64,000 nucleotides of DNA, from the IMG/VR virus record IMGVR_UViG_3300017766_003354, positions 32,001 to 96,000 of that record. The stretch is one strand, 5' to 3'. The notes beneath the pieces were generated by a model. The model searched no databases, had not been told where the DNA came from, and saw only the letters and a list, made by a program, of their open reading frames with translations. Origin of the DNA: a virus. Positions 9,621 to 19,084 of this stretch are shown here, piece after piece (the stretch's first letter is position 1; the number at the start of each line of letters is the position of its first letter). The position numbers were made by a program, and so were the translations under genes.

Positions 9621-9859
9621 CAAACGCAGAAATCAAAACTTCCGCTTATTCCGATCAAGGTCGAGTCAATCATGACCGCATATTTGCAAAGAAATCCGCT
9701 TATGAATGGATGGAAGACGAAGATGGGTTTTATTGGGTTAAAAATTTCAATGGCTGGGATTGGGATGATGGAGTGACCATGGAGACTCCTATTTCTTACC
9801 AAGAATTCCAAAAACGACTCCAACACTGCATAGTTATGTGGAAAGCTCCATTTCGATAA
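9599..9859 (+). CDS. hypothetical protein
   Basis: ORF in operon. Confidence 0.6.
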   Translation: MAATNDITNAEIKTSAYSDQGRVNHDRIFAKKSAYEWMEDEDGFYWVKNFNGWDWDDGVTMETPISYQEFQKRLQHCIVMWKAPFR

Positions 9860-9863
9860 AAAT

Positions 9864-10199
9864 ATGAAAACAAAAATCAACCCCGCATCAATCTCCCTAG
9901 AACTCGACGGAGTGACTCATATTTTGTCTCTGGACAAGGCTAAAGAAGTAGTCGCCGCTCTGGGAAATGAAATCGAGGCCATCGAAGGAAAGCCTCAAAT
10001 TTCAAAGGACTTGCTTAAAGAATACGAAAAATACAAAAAAGAAAAAGAACGCCAAAATCCTTATCCAATTTGGCCAACACCTCTTCCTCCATATAACCCT
10101 CTGCATCCTCCGACATGGAATCCTATGTGTGATCCTAAAGACCCTTCTTATCCTCATATCTACTGCGGCCAACCAACTTCAACTTGCAATACACAATAA
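9864..10199 (+). CDS. hypothetical protein with Pro-rich C-terminus
   Basis: ORF. Confidence 0.65.
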   Translation: MKTKINPASISLELDGVTHILSLDKAKEVVAALGNEIEAIEGKPQISKDLLKEYEKYKKEKERQNPYPIWPTPLPPYNPLHPPTWNPMCDPKDPSYPHIYCGQPTSTCNTQ

Positions 10200-10200
10200 A

Positions 10201-10752
10201 ATGATCAACAAAATCTTTTGGGACATTGACGAAACCCTAATTTATACCTCCCTTCATCCCCCAGAACAAGAACACATTTTCTTTTCTATTGATGAAGATA
10301 TTTATTATACAATCGTGCGGCCCTGCGCAAAACGATTGATCGAATTCTCGCGAGAACTCGTAGGAGAAGAGAATGTTTTTATTCTTACCACTTCCACCCG
10401 AGAATATGCCACTAATGTAAATCGATTGGCCTTATTTGGATTTAAAGACGTTCAAATTTGGCCTCGCGAAGATATCCAGAAGCATTACTATCCCACAGCT
10501 TACGGCGGTCAGGGTGTTATTCCCCATGCTTTTGCTGATCCAGAGAATATTCTAATCGACAATCTTCCTCCGCGTTATAATGACGCAAAAATTGGAATGA
10601 TTGGAATCGGCCAAACTTACCACGAAAGGTATTTCCAATGTCGAGATTATTATGGCATTGATTTTCCGAATGATCCTTTTGAAAATGATGTAAAGAAATT
10701 TCTTACTAATTTGCACGAATATGAAACCACAAAAACTATATTCACTGACTGA
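10201..10752 (+). CDS. HAD-family (NIF/FCP1-like) phosphatase
   Basis: IFWDIDETL (DxDxT), RP, LTTS..EYA, ILIDN. Confidence 0.8.
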   Translation: MINKIFWDIDETLIYTSLHPPEQEHIFFSIDEDIYYTIVRPCAKRLIEFSRELVGEENVFILTTSTREYATNVNRLALFGFKDVQIWPREDIQKHYYPTAYGGQGVIPHAFADPENILIDNLPPRYNDAKIGMIGIGQTYHERYFQCRDYYGIDFPNDPFENDVKKFLTNLHEYETTKTIFTD

Positions 10753-11023
10753 TTTGCTGGATTATTTTCTCGGCACTCAGGGAAAAGAAATTTGGGAAGT
10801 CCGAACGGAAATCAAAGACTGGTTTTCGGACAACTATATTTGGGAGGGAGACGTTCGAGTTTGCGAACTGACGAATTACCCATATTCTAATTTTTCAGAA
10901 AAAAGCGATGCTATTTGCGCTTTTTGTGAATCGTGTCTTGAGGAATTCGGGATGTCTGATTACGAAATCAAGCCACTTGAGCCTTGTGGTGGATGGAAGT
11001 TTTTAAAAATCGTAGTAAACTAA
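10721..11023 (+). CDS. hypothetical protein
   Basis: ORF in operon. Confidence 0.6.
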   Translation: MKPQKLYSLTDLLDYFLGTQGKEIWEVRTEIKDWFSDNYIWEGDVRVCELTNYPYSNFSEKSDAICAFCESCLEEFGMSDYEIKPLEPCGGWKFLKIVVN

Positions 11024-11024
11024 T

Positions 11025-11225
11025 ATGACAAACAAACAAAAATTTATACTGACCAACGACGAAGACGGCCATTGGTATATTATCCCCGAATCTAAAAAGG
11101 ATGAATTCGACAACTGGCTGGACCTCGTTTATTCTGAAGAGGCCGATTGCGGAGATATGCCAGAATGGGCAAAATGCATTGACGGCCCGCACTCTATTAT
11201 CATTCATGAATATTCTGAAGTGTAA
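11025..11225 (+). CDS. hypothetical protein
   Basis: DEDGHWYIIP; small acidic ORF. Confidence 0.65.
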   Translation: MTNKQKFILTNDEDGHWYIIPESKKDEFDNWLDLVYSEEADCGDMPEWAKCIDGPHSIIIHEYSEV

Positions 11226-11234
11226 AAGCTTCTA

Positions 11235-11333
11235 GTGGATGATTTTAATTCAGACAGGCCAGACTACTCAAAAACCGACAAAATTATAATCTCTATTCTT
11301 GGCGCGGTGTTCTTTTTTTTCATTTTAGCTTGA
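11235..11333 (+). CDS. small membrane peptide
   Basis: GTG start 9 nt after GTGTAA; C-terminal hydrophobic IIISILGAVFFFFILA. Confidence 0.4.
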   Translation: MDDFNSDRPDYSKTDKIIISILGAVFFFFILA

Positions 11334-11363
11334 ATTGTTGGAATTTTTGGGTAAGTTTTTGGC

Positions 11364-11588
11364 ATGAAGTTACTCAACCCAAATACTGGAGAATTAGACG
11401 CCGCTCTTGCTGAATATCGGTTCTTTATAGATCAGCATTGTCGATGGGTCGATATTAAGCTTTTGAGGTCACTTTTATCTCTTGTTTATTTGGGATTTTG
11501 CGATGATACTATTTTTTGGATTCAAGATGATCAATTAAATTGCGAGACTATTTCAAAATTCAAAATCATATTTCCCCTGCAAAAATGA
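11364..11588 (+). CDS. hypothetical protein
   Basis: ORF. Confidence 0.55.
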   Translation: MKLLNPNTGELDAALAEYRFFIDQHCRWVDIKLLRSLLSLVYLGFCDDTIFWIQDDQLNCETISKFKIIFPLQK

Positions 11589-11989
11589 AAATATCAGAAC
11601 TCATTACCCTCCTACAACGCTATCAAGAATTAGAAGAGAAGAAGGCTCATCCTGAAGATTTAGAATGTGTGATTCCAATTCAAGGTTTAAGCGGCTCTCA
11701 TTCTAAAATCAAAGGTATTGCTATTGGATTTGATTGGCATAATGGTCAGTTGCTTTTTTGCCCCGAGAATAGCTTGAATACCATAGATTCAAGGTTGTTT
11801 GACTTTTATCAAAAAGAATACTTGCGAAAGAATTCTAACTTTGCTAATGTCTGTCTAAGCAAAACAAAAGTCGCTCGGTATAAAAAGAAAGAACAGGAGT
11901 TTGCCCGCCAATGGGAAGCAGAAAATTGGCTATGGCAACAACTGCAAGAAGATGAAAAACAAGGAAAAATCAAAAACGAAATCTCATGA
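11585..11989 (+). CDS. hypothetical protein
   Basis: ATGA-coupled, start MKISEL. Confidence 0.65.
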   Translation: MKISELITLLQRYQELEEKKAHPEDLECVIPIQGLSGSHSKIKGIAIGFDWHNGQLLFCPENSLNTIDSRLFDFYQKEYLRKNSNFANVCLSKTKVARYKKKEQEFARQWEAENWLWQQLQEDEKQGKIKNEIS

Positions 11990-12609
11990 AAAAACTACTA
12001 AGCCTACTCCTTATTTCCCAACTAAACGCTCAAGTTGAGCCTGTCAGGGAATTTAAAATCTATTCGTCCGATAATGTGGCAAATTTTGGCGAACCCGTCT
12101 TTTCGGGCCATGTCCCCAAGAGTAAAATTAAAGATTTCCTTTCTTTCGTTGTCTCAAATAAGGATACTATTTTACCAGTTAATCCTATTCCAGACCCCGT
12201 GATTCCTCCGACACAAGTTCCTGCTTTGCCTTTCGTAATCGCTTGGACGCCCCATATTGAGCCAAATGTCAGCTATCGAGTCACCTACTGGCAGACAGGA
12301 AAACCAGAAATCGTCCTTAATACGCCCAAAACTAAAGTCTCTGTTGAGGGTCTGGTCGCTAATACCGATTATTTCTTTAATGTTCGATCTATTAGTTCAT
12401 CGGGTTTGGTGGGTCTTCCTACAGCGAATTTAACTTATAGACAAGATTCAGCCATTCTTTCAATGCCAGTTCTTCTCCCGACAGAAAAACGTAGGATCAT
12501 CAATGTGCTCATGTCAACAGACGGTGGAACTACTTATAACTCAATCGGCAAAGTAATTTACCCAAAAATTACGGGACAAAAATACAAAACTTTAATTTCA
12601 GAAGAATAA
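11986..12609 (+). CDS. secreted protein with fibronectin type III-like domain
   Basis: Signal peptide; W.P...Y.V.Y...VEGL..NTDY.F.VRS. Confidence 0.7.
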   Translation: MKKLLSLLLISQLNAQVEPVREFKIYSSDNVANFGEPVFSGHVPKSKIKDFLSFVVSNKDTILPVNPIPDPVIPPTQVPALPFVIAWTPHIEPNVSYRVTYWQTGKPEIVLNTPKTKVSVEGLVANTDYFFNVRSISSSGLVGLPTANLTYRQDSAILSMPVLLPTEKRRIINVLMSTDGGTTYNSIGKVIYPKITGQKYKTLISEE

Positions 12610-13319
12610 TGTATAAATTTCGCGACAATCGAATTGTCCTCATTGGAGACACCCACTCTACTGATACCACTTATGAAATCTTGAATCTTCGGATTCCAGA
12701 GGGTTCAGATGTTGTTCATATTGGAGACGGCGGGTGGGGCTTCGGAAAGCCAGAATATGCGCTTGATAATGCCCGTTCTTGGAAAGAGCGAATAAACAAA
12801 CTATGTGTGAAATTAGACATTCGGCTTTTTCATCTAATTGGCAACCATGATAATCCCGCCATTTGGGAATTGCCTTCTACCGAAAATCTCATTTTCGTAA
12901 AGTCGGGAGAAGTCGCGGAGTTTCCTAATGGCAAAAAAGTTCTGCTTGTCGGTGGAGGAATCTCCGTTGATAGGTATTCAAGAAAAAAGGGAGAATCTTA
13001 TTGGATTATGGAACATACTCCATATATTAATCCAGTAGAGAAAACCAATTTTGTTTTTTCTCACGACTGCCCCGATAACTTTAATCACCCAACTGCGACA
13101 CTCCCGCGCTCTTATGGATGGTATGTAGAAAGAGATCCAACTTTAATGGATGATTGCGTTGCCCAAAGAGAAAACATGGCGAGAATCTGGCGAGAAAGTG
13201 GCGCAAAAAAATGCTTTTATGGTCATTTTCACAACTCAAAACTAGAAACAGTAGGCGAAGTTGTTGCTAGGTGCTTGGATATTAATGAGTTGTATGAGTT
13301 TAACGCGAACGAACAATGA
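12609..13319 (+). CDS. calcineurin-like metallophosphoesterase
   Basis: GDTH, GDGG, GNHD, GGG.SVDR, SHDCP, GHFH. Confidence 0.88.
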   Translation: MYKFRDNRIVLIGDTHSTDTTYEILNLRIPEGSDVVHIGDGGWGFGKPEYALDNARSWKERINKLCVKLDIRLFHLIGNHDNPAIWELPSTENLIFVKSGEVAEFPNGKKVLLVGGGISVDRYSRKKGESYWIMEHTPYINPVEKTNFVFSHDCPDNFNHPTATLPRSYGWYVERDPTLMDDCVAQRENMARIWRESGAKKCFYGHFHNSKLETVGEVVARCLDINELYEFNANEQ

Positions 13320-13546
13320 AGATCTACTACTACGAATACTCTGACGACCGAATCGACTGGTGGAAGGGTTCTCTTTCTTGGTCTGTGATGAATTGTATTG
13401 ACATGGCTCAAAAGCAGCCCTATCCTTGGCGCATCATGGAATTTGAAATGTCAAAAATTTCAAAACCTGTGAAGGAATCGGAAATCCAAGAAGCTTTAAG
13501 AGATTTGGCTATTTTTAACACCCTTTTTATAAACAAAACAAACTAA
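13316..13546 (+). CDS. hypothetical protein
   Basis: Coupled ORF. Confidence 0.6.
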   Translation: MKIYYYEYSDDRIDWWKGSLSWSVMNCIDMAQKQPYPWRIMEFEMSKISKPVKESEIQEALRDLAIFNTLFINKTN

Positions 13547-13849
13547 ATGCAAATTAAAATCGACCAAAACGACATCTTCGATTATGTAGTAGGAAATTCC
13601 AACTACGATCCAATCGAAAAATGCATCGATCCTCTTCTTTTTGAAGTCTTCGATACTTCAATCTATGACAGAAAGCGAAAAGAATTCCTTATTCAAAATG
13701 AAGAATATAAAAGTTTCTGTTCTCAAGTTTCTAATCTACGGCGCAACGCCTCGACAATGAATAGATCCGAAGTTATTAAAATTTGTGCCGAGCTAGCAGA
13801 AATCGCGCCGTCTCAAGTGAACTTGGTTGACATTCTAACATACGAGTGA
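13547..13849 (+). CDS. hypothetical protein
   Basis: Abutting ORF. Confidence 0.65.
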   Translation: MQIKIDQNDIFDYVVGNSNYDPIEKCIDPLLFEVFDTSIYDRKRKEFLIQNEEYKSFCSQVSNLRRNASTMNRSEVIKICAELAEIAPSQVNLVDILTYE

Positions 13850-13865
13850 TAGTGTAACCATAGTG

Positions 13866-14396
13866 ATGATCAGTAATATAGCTAAAAATTTAAGTTCGCA
13901 TCAACATATTAATATGTCAAGGTTTGTAGGAGAACACGGTCAAAGGAAATACTACGATTCATGTCGAACTGCGGGTCTAGACATTAAAAAAACAGGAAAA
14001 AAAGACGACATTAATCATATCGATTTCGTTGTCGATGGGAAAACCGTTGATGCCAAGGGCCTCAAAAAAACGCATAAAAAGGGCCAAATTCTGGTAGAAA
14101 TTAAGAATGTTCAGGGGAAAGATGGCTGGTGTTCTAAGTCGGGTCCTGATTTTGTGGCTTTTGATTTTGGGGCTTTTTTTCTCCATGTTAAGAATTCTGA
14201 CCTTTTATCTTTGGTTAATCGAAAGTGTGACCTCAAGAAAATCGTTTTGAAGGCCGACGACGCTCTCTATAAGGGATATTCTCGCAAAGATCGAGACGAC
14301 TTAATGACAATTGTTAGTCTAACAGATGTTATCAAAGAGTGTGAACATTGGTTTTTGCCGTCTGAGCCTTTTCACGAACCTTTCCGACTTTTGTAA
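13866..14396 (+). CDS. PD-(D/E)XK-family nuclease
   Basis: HIDF...TVDAKG...VEIKNVQGKDGW. Confidence 0.7.
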   Translation: MISNIAKNLSSHQHINMSRFVGEHGQRKYYDSCRTAGLDIKKTGKKDDINHIDFVVDGKTVDAKGLKKTHKKGQILVEIKNVQGKDGWCSKSGPDFVAFDFGAFFLHVKNSDLLSLVNRKCDLKKIVLKADDALYKGYSRKDRDDLMTIVSLTDVIKECEHWFLPSEPFHEPFRLL

Positions 14397-14398
14397 TT

Positions 14399-14596
14399 AT
14401 GGCTTATCTTTCACGAAATTGGTGTTCTTTCTGCAAAGCAGACGCCCATCATATAAATAATAAATGTAGCATTTGTGCAGACCGAATAATGAAAGAAAAG
14501 TGGCTCCTTTGGAACGCTCTTGATACAGACACAAAAATTAATCAACTGCTAGAAAGAATCGAAAAACTCGAAGCTGGACCTCCTAGATATTCATGA
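14399..14596 (+). CDS. small Cys-containing protein
   Basis: CSFC...CSIC. Confidence 0.55.
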   Translation: MAYLSRNWCSFCKADAHHINNKCSICADRIMKEKWLLWNALDTDTKINQLLERIEKLEAGPPRYS

Positions 14597-15117
14597 ATCT
14601 ACTAAAAAATACAATTGTTTATTTGGCTGGCGCTCTTGAAAACGCCACTGACGGAGAAAGTTGGAGAAACAGGCTTGCCCCTCAGTTAGAAAATCTGGGA
14701 GTCAAAGTTTTAGATCCAACAAAGCAAATGTTTTTTGCTCAATCCGCCGAAACTCCAGAAATTCGCGAGCAATTAAAAATCTGGAGGCAAGAAGGGAATT
14801 TTTCAGCCATTCATGATTTCATGAAAGAAGTAATTCGGCGTGACTTGAGGGCTGTTGATATTAGCACCTTCATTGTTTGTAAGTTGGAACCCGATATTCC
14901 TAGCTTTGGCACAATTCACGAAGTAGTTGTAGCTGCGACACAAAGAAAGCCTCTCTTGTTTATACTAGAAGACAAAAAAAAGATGCCGCTCTGGTTAATC
15001 GGAATGGTGAACATGGATTATGTTTTTGATTCTGAATGGGGGCTATTGACTTATTTAAAACTCGCTAATGACGGCCTGATTAAGCTCGACACCAAGTATT
15101 GGAAAATTTTGGCTTGA
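14593..15117 (+). CDS. nucleoside 2-deoxyribosyltransferase-like protein
   Basis: VYLAGALE, WR, LDPT, RRDL..VD, SFGTIHE. Confidence 0.82.
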   Translation: MNLLKNTIVYLAGALENATDGESWRNRLAPQLENLGVKVLDPTKQMFFAQSAETPEIREQLKIWRQEGNFSAIHDFMKEVIRRDLRAVDISTFIVCKLEPDIPSFGTIHEVVVAATQRKPLLFILEDKKKMPLWLIGMVNMDYVFDSEWGLLTYLKLANDGLIKLDTKYWKILA

Positions 15118-15148
15118 CAGTTCTTCGCTGTTGAAATAGTATTGCGGC

Positions 15149-15820
15149 ATGGCGAGTTCAAAAATAATTTGTATAGGTGATGTTCATGGAGAGCTAGAAA
15201 AGCTCAAATCTCTTTTCAGTAAACTACAATTTACAAAAGAAGATACAATCATTTTTCTTGGTGACTACATTGATCGCGGGAAAGACAGTAAGGGAGTAAT
15301 CGATTTCATCATTTCTCTAAAAGACAAATGCAATCTAATCACTCTCAAAGGCAACCACGAATCCTTCTTCCTTGAAACTCTGAAATATCCATCAGGCAAG
15401 ATGGCCGATTCTTGGATGATGAATGGGGGAATGAAGTGTCTCGAATCTTATGTCCCAATGGATAAATGGGATTCTCAAGATCCAGTTGAAGAAATGCAAA
15501 AACTCCATGGCGAATTTTTCGGAAATCTTCAATTGACTTATGAAACCGAAAACTTTATTTTTGTTCATGGTTATCTTTCTCATGAGCTTGATTTAGAAGA
15601 TCAAGAAGAGTTTTTGTGTCTTTGGGGTCGATATACAGATATTTGGCCTCATAAGTCAGTAAAGACCGTTGTTTGCGGTCACTCTATTCAAAGAGATGGG
15701 CCAACAAACGGAGGATTCAAAATATGCATAGACACAGGATCTTTTAAATCTGAAGGTTATATTACTGCTTTTGTCATTGAAGATCAAAAATCAAAATTTG
15801 TTGACAGTAGAAAACAATAA
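15149..15820 (+). CDS. Ser/Thr protein phosphatase (PPP family)
   Basis: GDVHG, GDYIDRG, GNHE, FVHG, GHS, IDTG. Confidence 0.9.
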   Translation: MASSKIICIGDVHGELEKLKSLFSKLQFTKEDTIIFLGDYIDRGKDSKGVIDFIISLKDKCNLITLKGNHESFFLETLKYPSGKMADSWMMNGGMKCLESYVPMDKWDSQDPVEEMQKLHGEFFGNLQLTYETENFIFVHGYLSHELDLEDQEEFLCLWGRYTDIWPHKSVKTVVCGHSIQRDGPTNGGFKICIDTGSFKSEGYITAFVIEDQKSKFVDSRKQ

Positions 15821-15825
15821 AATAT

Positions 15826-16035
15826 ATGGAGCAAAACCCTGATAATTATCATACCCATGCACTCGAAGACTATTCTTGGGAGGGAAGTCTTACGCTCCAA
15901 ACATTTCCGCCGAATGTCGGCCACTTTGAATTTTCTCAAATTCCAGACTTTAAAATTATGGTCAACAAAATGCCGTCTTTGTGGTTTAGGTTTTGGGTGA
16001 GGTTTTTCTTTAGGGCTAAATTTATTAAATCATGA
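15826..16035 (+). CDS. hypothetical protein
   Basis: ORF. Confidence 0.55.
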   Translation: MEQNPDNYHTHALEDYSWEGSLTLQTFPPNVGHFEFSQIPDFKIMVNKMPSLWFRFWVRFFFRAKFIKS

Positions 16036-16388
16036 AACAACTAATACTTTCTCTACTTCTCTAGTCTCTAATCTGCGCCCAAGAATACCATGCAAGAGTT
16101 ACTTACTACTGGACTGGTCACATTACCTCCTTGGGAAAGAAACCAATCGCAGGAAAGACCATTGCTGTTGATCCAAAGGTCATCCCGTATGGGTCAAAAA
16201 TTCATATCCCACGTATGGGAAAGACGTATATTTCTGGAGATACTGGCCCAGCCGTTGTATCCAAAACCGCTTCCAAGGGAAAAACAATTGTAGTCGATAT
16301 TTATTGCTCTTCAAAAGCAGAAGCCCAAAAGCTTATTAAAAAATACCCAATGTATATGAAAATCAAAGTAGAGAAACCAAATCAATGA
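16032..16388 (+). CDS. secreted 3D-domain (peptidoglycan-related) protein with in-frame TAG at codon 11
   Basis: MKQLILSLLL*SLICAQEYHARVTYY...TIAVDPKVIPYGS...GDTG...VDIY; ATGA-coupled start. Confidence 0.75.
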
Positions 16389-16660
16389 ACGAATTCCGAG
16401 AAATCTTACTAGTAGGAGAATACGCTAATGATGGCAAATTATACCCAGCAGCAAAAATCGTCTCCAAAGAGCCTATTGATTTTAATGTAATTTGGCTTGC
16501 TGGCATGTGTGTTACGGTATATGATACTTTCGAATCGAGTCTCGAAGAAGATAAAAAGCCCTTATTTTATAAAGCTTTTAATGAAGTTTTCCAAAACATG
16601 ATGGAAACCCGCGATAAGTATTCTTTCAAAGTAGCGGAAGTTCCCAAAAATGAGCCTTGA
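16385..16660 (+). CDS. hypothetical protein
   Basis: Coupled ORF. Confidence 0.6.
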   Translation: MNEFREILLVGEYANDGKLYPAAKIVSKEPIDFNVIWLAGMCVTVYDTFESSLEEDKKPLFYKAFNEVFQNMMETRDKYSFKVAEVPKNEP

Positions 16661-16802
16661 ATCTTTCACCGTAGGATGCTCGATGATCCTGTATTTTATC
16701 ACTGGATCAAGCTTCGCCTTTCGAGGAGAATTTTCGTGGGCGCTTGTCTGGTATGCTTATGGGGTTGCTAATTTAGGGCTAATTTTGGCCGCAAAACAAT
16801 AA
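16650..16802 (+). CDS. small two-TM membrane protein
   Basis: Manually read MSLESFTVGCSMILYFITG...ALVWYAYGVANLGLILAAKQ. Confidence 0.55.
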   Translation: MSLESFTVGCSMILYFITGSSFAFRGEFSWALVWYAYGVANLGLILAAKQ

Positions 16803-16807
16803 AAAAT

Positions 16808-17323
16808 ATGACAACACACTACGAAAAAATGCGTTCATTTTGCACTTCTTGGACTGACGACCATATTAAAGGGTTCTTTGGGTGGAGTGCTGATGAATAT
16901 GGGTTTCTAAGTAATTTCCATCGCTGCGATGTAGTCTTTGAAGGAGAGCTTTACCCTTCTTCAGAAAACGCATATATGGCGGCAAAAACAACCGATGAAA
17001 ATATTCGAATTAAATTCCAAGACTGGAACTTTTCTTCTGCTGAAGCTAAGAAATTGGGACAGTCTATTCAATTGAGACCCCATTGGGAAGAATTGAAGTT
17101 GGAGATTATGAGTTCTATTGTAGAAGACAAGTTCCGCCGCAATTTAGATATCCAACAAAGGCTTTTAGATACTGGCGATAAATACTTGGAAGAAACAAAC
17201 TGGTGGAATGACCGATTTTGGGGTGTTGACTATCGCAGTGGCGAAGGAGAAAATCACTTGGGCAAAATTTTAATGAAAGTAAGGAAAAAGATCCGAAATG
17301 AACTACAAGAAAGAACAATTTGA
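16808..17323 (+). CDS. NADAR/YbiA family protein
   Basis: YGFLSNF, YPSSENAYMAAK, AKKLG, LRPHW, KF, LL.TGD..LEE.NWWND.FWGV, GENHLGKILM.VR. Confidence 0.92.
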   Translation: MTTHYEKMRSFCTSWTDDHIKGFFGWSADEYGFLSNFHRCDVVFEGELYPSSENAYMAAKTTDENIRIKFQDWNFSSAEAKKLGQSIQLRPHWEELKLEIMSSIVEDKFRRNLDIQQRLLDTGDKYLEETNWWNDRFWGVDYRSGEGENHLGKILMKVRKKIRNELQERTI

Positions 17324-17438
17324 CTTCCGATTGAAGCACCTATATTCTGAACTCCGAGCAGCAAACCTCGGTGATAAGCATTTTTGGGTGCATCAGATTA
17401 ATTTGTTTTTAGATTCAGCACCGAAATTTTAAAAAAAT

Positions 17439-17612
17439 ATGAAAGACGAAGAAAAAATAGAAATACTGGCCGATCTTCTTAATCAATGTCTTGAGTGTTG
17501 CAACCAAGAACGAAGTTTCGAAGTGAAGGGAATAATTGATGGCAAATTTGTTGTTGCTTTTGATATTGTTGAAATTAAAGAAGACGATTATATTGGATTC
17601 GCTGGATATTAA
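17439..17612 (+). CDS. small acidic protein, paralog of 23721..23933
   Basis: Manually read MKDEEKIEILADLLNQCLECCNQERSFEVKG...FDIVEI...FAGY. Confidence 0.7.
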   Translation: MKDEEKIEILADLLNQCLECCNQERSFEVKGIIDGKFVVAFDIVEIKEDDYIGFAGY

Positions 17613-17616
17613 AATT

Positions 17617-17883
17617 ATGAAACCAAAACAATCGCCCTTATCTTTCGTTGAGAGCGGCAAATATTTGCCTGAATTTATGCGAGATTTTCACGATCAAAAA
17701 AATCTCTTTAAACTGATTCACAATACCTATTCTCAAGACAACAAAAACGCTAACTTATATCCTGACTGGATTAAAGCTCATTGTTATACGATTGATTGGT
17801 TTTTGTGGTTTATGGGTCAAAGGGGCTATACGCTTCAGAAAAATAGATCGAATGTCGAATTTAAGCCTTTGCTTTTGAAATAA
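17617..17883 (+). CDS. hypothetical phage protein
   Basis: YLPEFMRDFHDQK.LFK...HCYTIDWFLWFM..RGYTLQK; start corrected to 17617. Confidence 0.75.
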   Translation: MKPKQSPLSFVESGKYLPEFMRDFHDQKNLFKLIHNTYSQDNKNANLYPDWIKAHCYTIDWFLWFMGQRGYTLQKNRSNVEFKPLLLK

Positions 17884-17884
17884 T

Positions 17885-18196
17885 ATGGACAACTTGAATG
17901 ACTTAGAACAAATCCTCGATACGATGATTTCCAAGCAGAAAGAAAAGAAGACAAAAACTTTTGTTGCCCGTTATAAGGGGAAAAACTTGATAATGCGCTC
18001 TGGCAAAAGTAGTTGGAAGCAAACAAATTACGCCAAATCTTCAATTATTCAGCATTTTTGCGGCCCTGAAAGGCGTTATGTTTATCCTGTAGATTGGAAT
18101 AAATTGGGTGAAACCGCAGAAGACCGTAAAAAAAGAAAAGAAGAATTCCGAAAAAAGCTTTTTGAATTGATTGAAATTGTAGAATTAACAGAATGA
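17885..18196 (+). CDS. hypothetical protein
   Basis: ORF. Confidence 0.65.
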   Translation: MDNLNDLEQILDTMISKQKEKKTKTFVARYKGKNLIMRSGKSSWKQTNYAKSSIIQHFCGPERRYVYPVDWNKLGETAEDRKKRKEEFRKKLFELIEIVELTE

Positions 18197-18390
18197 CAAC
18201 AAAACAATTAAAACTATCTCTTGATTTGGAAGTTCTTGAATATGCAATCGAAATTTGTCAACTCAGCAAGAGTAACCTTAAAAAAGACGGCTGGAATGCC
18301 GCTTGTGAAAATATTGAGTGTTTTCTCCAAGCGGCAAAAGAAAGATTGCAAATGGGCCTTGATCTTCGGGATTATGCCGTGACTCAATAA
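18193..18390 (+). CDS. hypothetical protein
   Basis: Coupled ORF. Confidence 0.6.
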   Translation: MTTKQLKLSLDLEVLEYAIEICQLSKSNLKKDGWNAACENIECFLQAAKERLQMGLDLRDYAVTQ

Positions 18391-18395
18391 TTAAT

Positions 18396-18968
18396 ATGAA
18401 CGCAGTAACCGCAAACACAAAAACAACTTTGCTTCTTAATAATGCTTGGCAGCCAATTACGGTTGTCACGGCACGGGCGGCATTTCAGCATTTGCACAAG
18501 AGAAGAATCTCTGCATTGGATAAAGACAGCAATATCTTTCATTCTTTGGACTCTTGGAATACTTTGGGGGTTTATTACGATGATCAGCCGTTTCTAAGAA
18601 GTGCTCATGCTGCTTGGCCGATTCCTACTGTAATCGTAGTAAATAGTAAATTCTTCAGAAAGCCGAAAAAGAGCAAACTAACTCTTTTTGATCTAGCGAA
18701 ACTGTGCGATTATACTTGCCAGTATTGCTTTGAAAAGTTTCCGATCAAGCAATTAAGTATTGACCACGTAAACCCTCGATCACGCGGAGGCGAAGACACT
18801 CATGATAACCGCGTGCTATCGTGTGTGCGCTGTAATCGCGCAAAAAGTAATTTTACTCCATGGCTAGATAAAAACGGCAAAATTCCAACCCCACCGTCGA
18901 TCCCCGCGTTGATGTTGAATGCGGAAAAAATTCGTCCCGAATGGAATAGTTTTGTGAATAATCATTAA
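18396..18968 (+). CDS. HNH endonuclease (McrA-like)
   Basis: TLLLNNAWQPI, CQYC, SIDHVNPRSRGG, N.V.SC..CN..K. Confidence 0.9.
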   Translation: MNAVTANTKTTLLLNNAWQPITVVTARAAFQHLHKRRISALDKDSNIFHSLDSWNTLGVYYDDQPFLRSAHAAWPIPTVIVVNSKFFRKPKKSKLTLFDLAKLCDYTCQYCFEKFPIKQLSIDHVNPRSRGGEDTHDNRVLSCVRCNRAKSNFTPWLDKNGKIPTPPSIPALMLNAEKIRPEWNSFVNNH

Positions 18969-19021
18969 TTTATTGAATTTTATTTTTCCCATTTGATAAT
19001 CCTGTGTAAGAAACAAAGAAC

Positions 19022-19084
19022 ATGCGATATTTTATTTCAACACTCTGCCCGAAATCCGCCCAAAATTGGGAGGATGGAGTGTAA
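19022..19084 (+). CDS. attenuator leader peptide MRYFISTLCPKSAQNWEDGV (19 different amino acids)
   Basis: Read directly; follows GTGTAA at 19004 and overlaps alternative hairpins. Confidence 0.8.
   Translation: MRYFISTLCPKSAQNWEDGV

Noticed and set aside
17536-17616. N-terminal extension of ORF 17536..17883
   Set aside because: Overlaps the paralog-supported gene 17439..17612; the true start is likely 17617.
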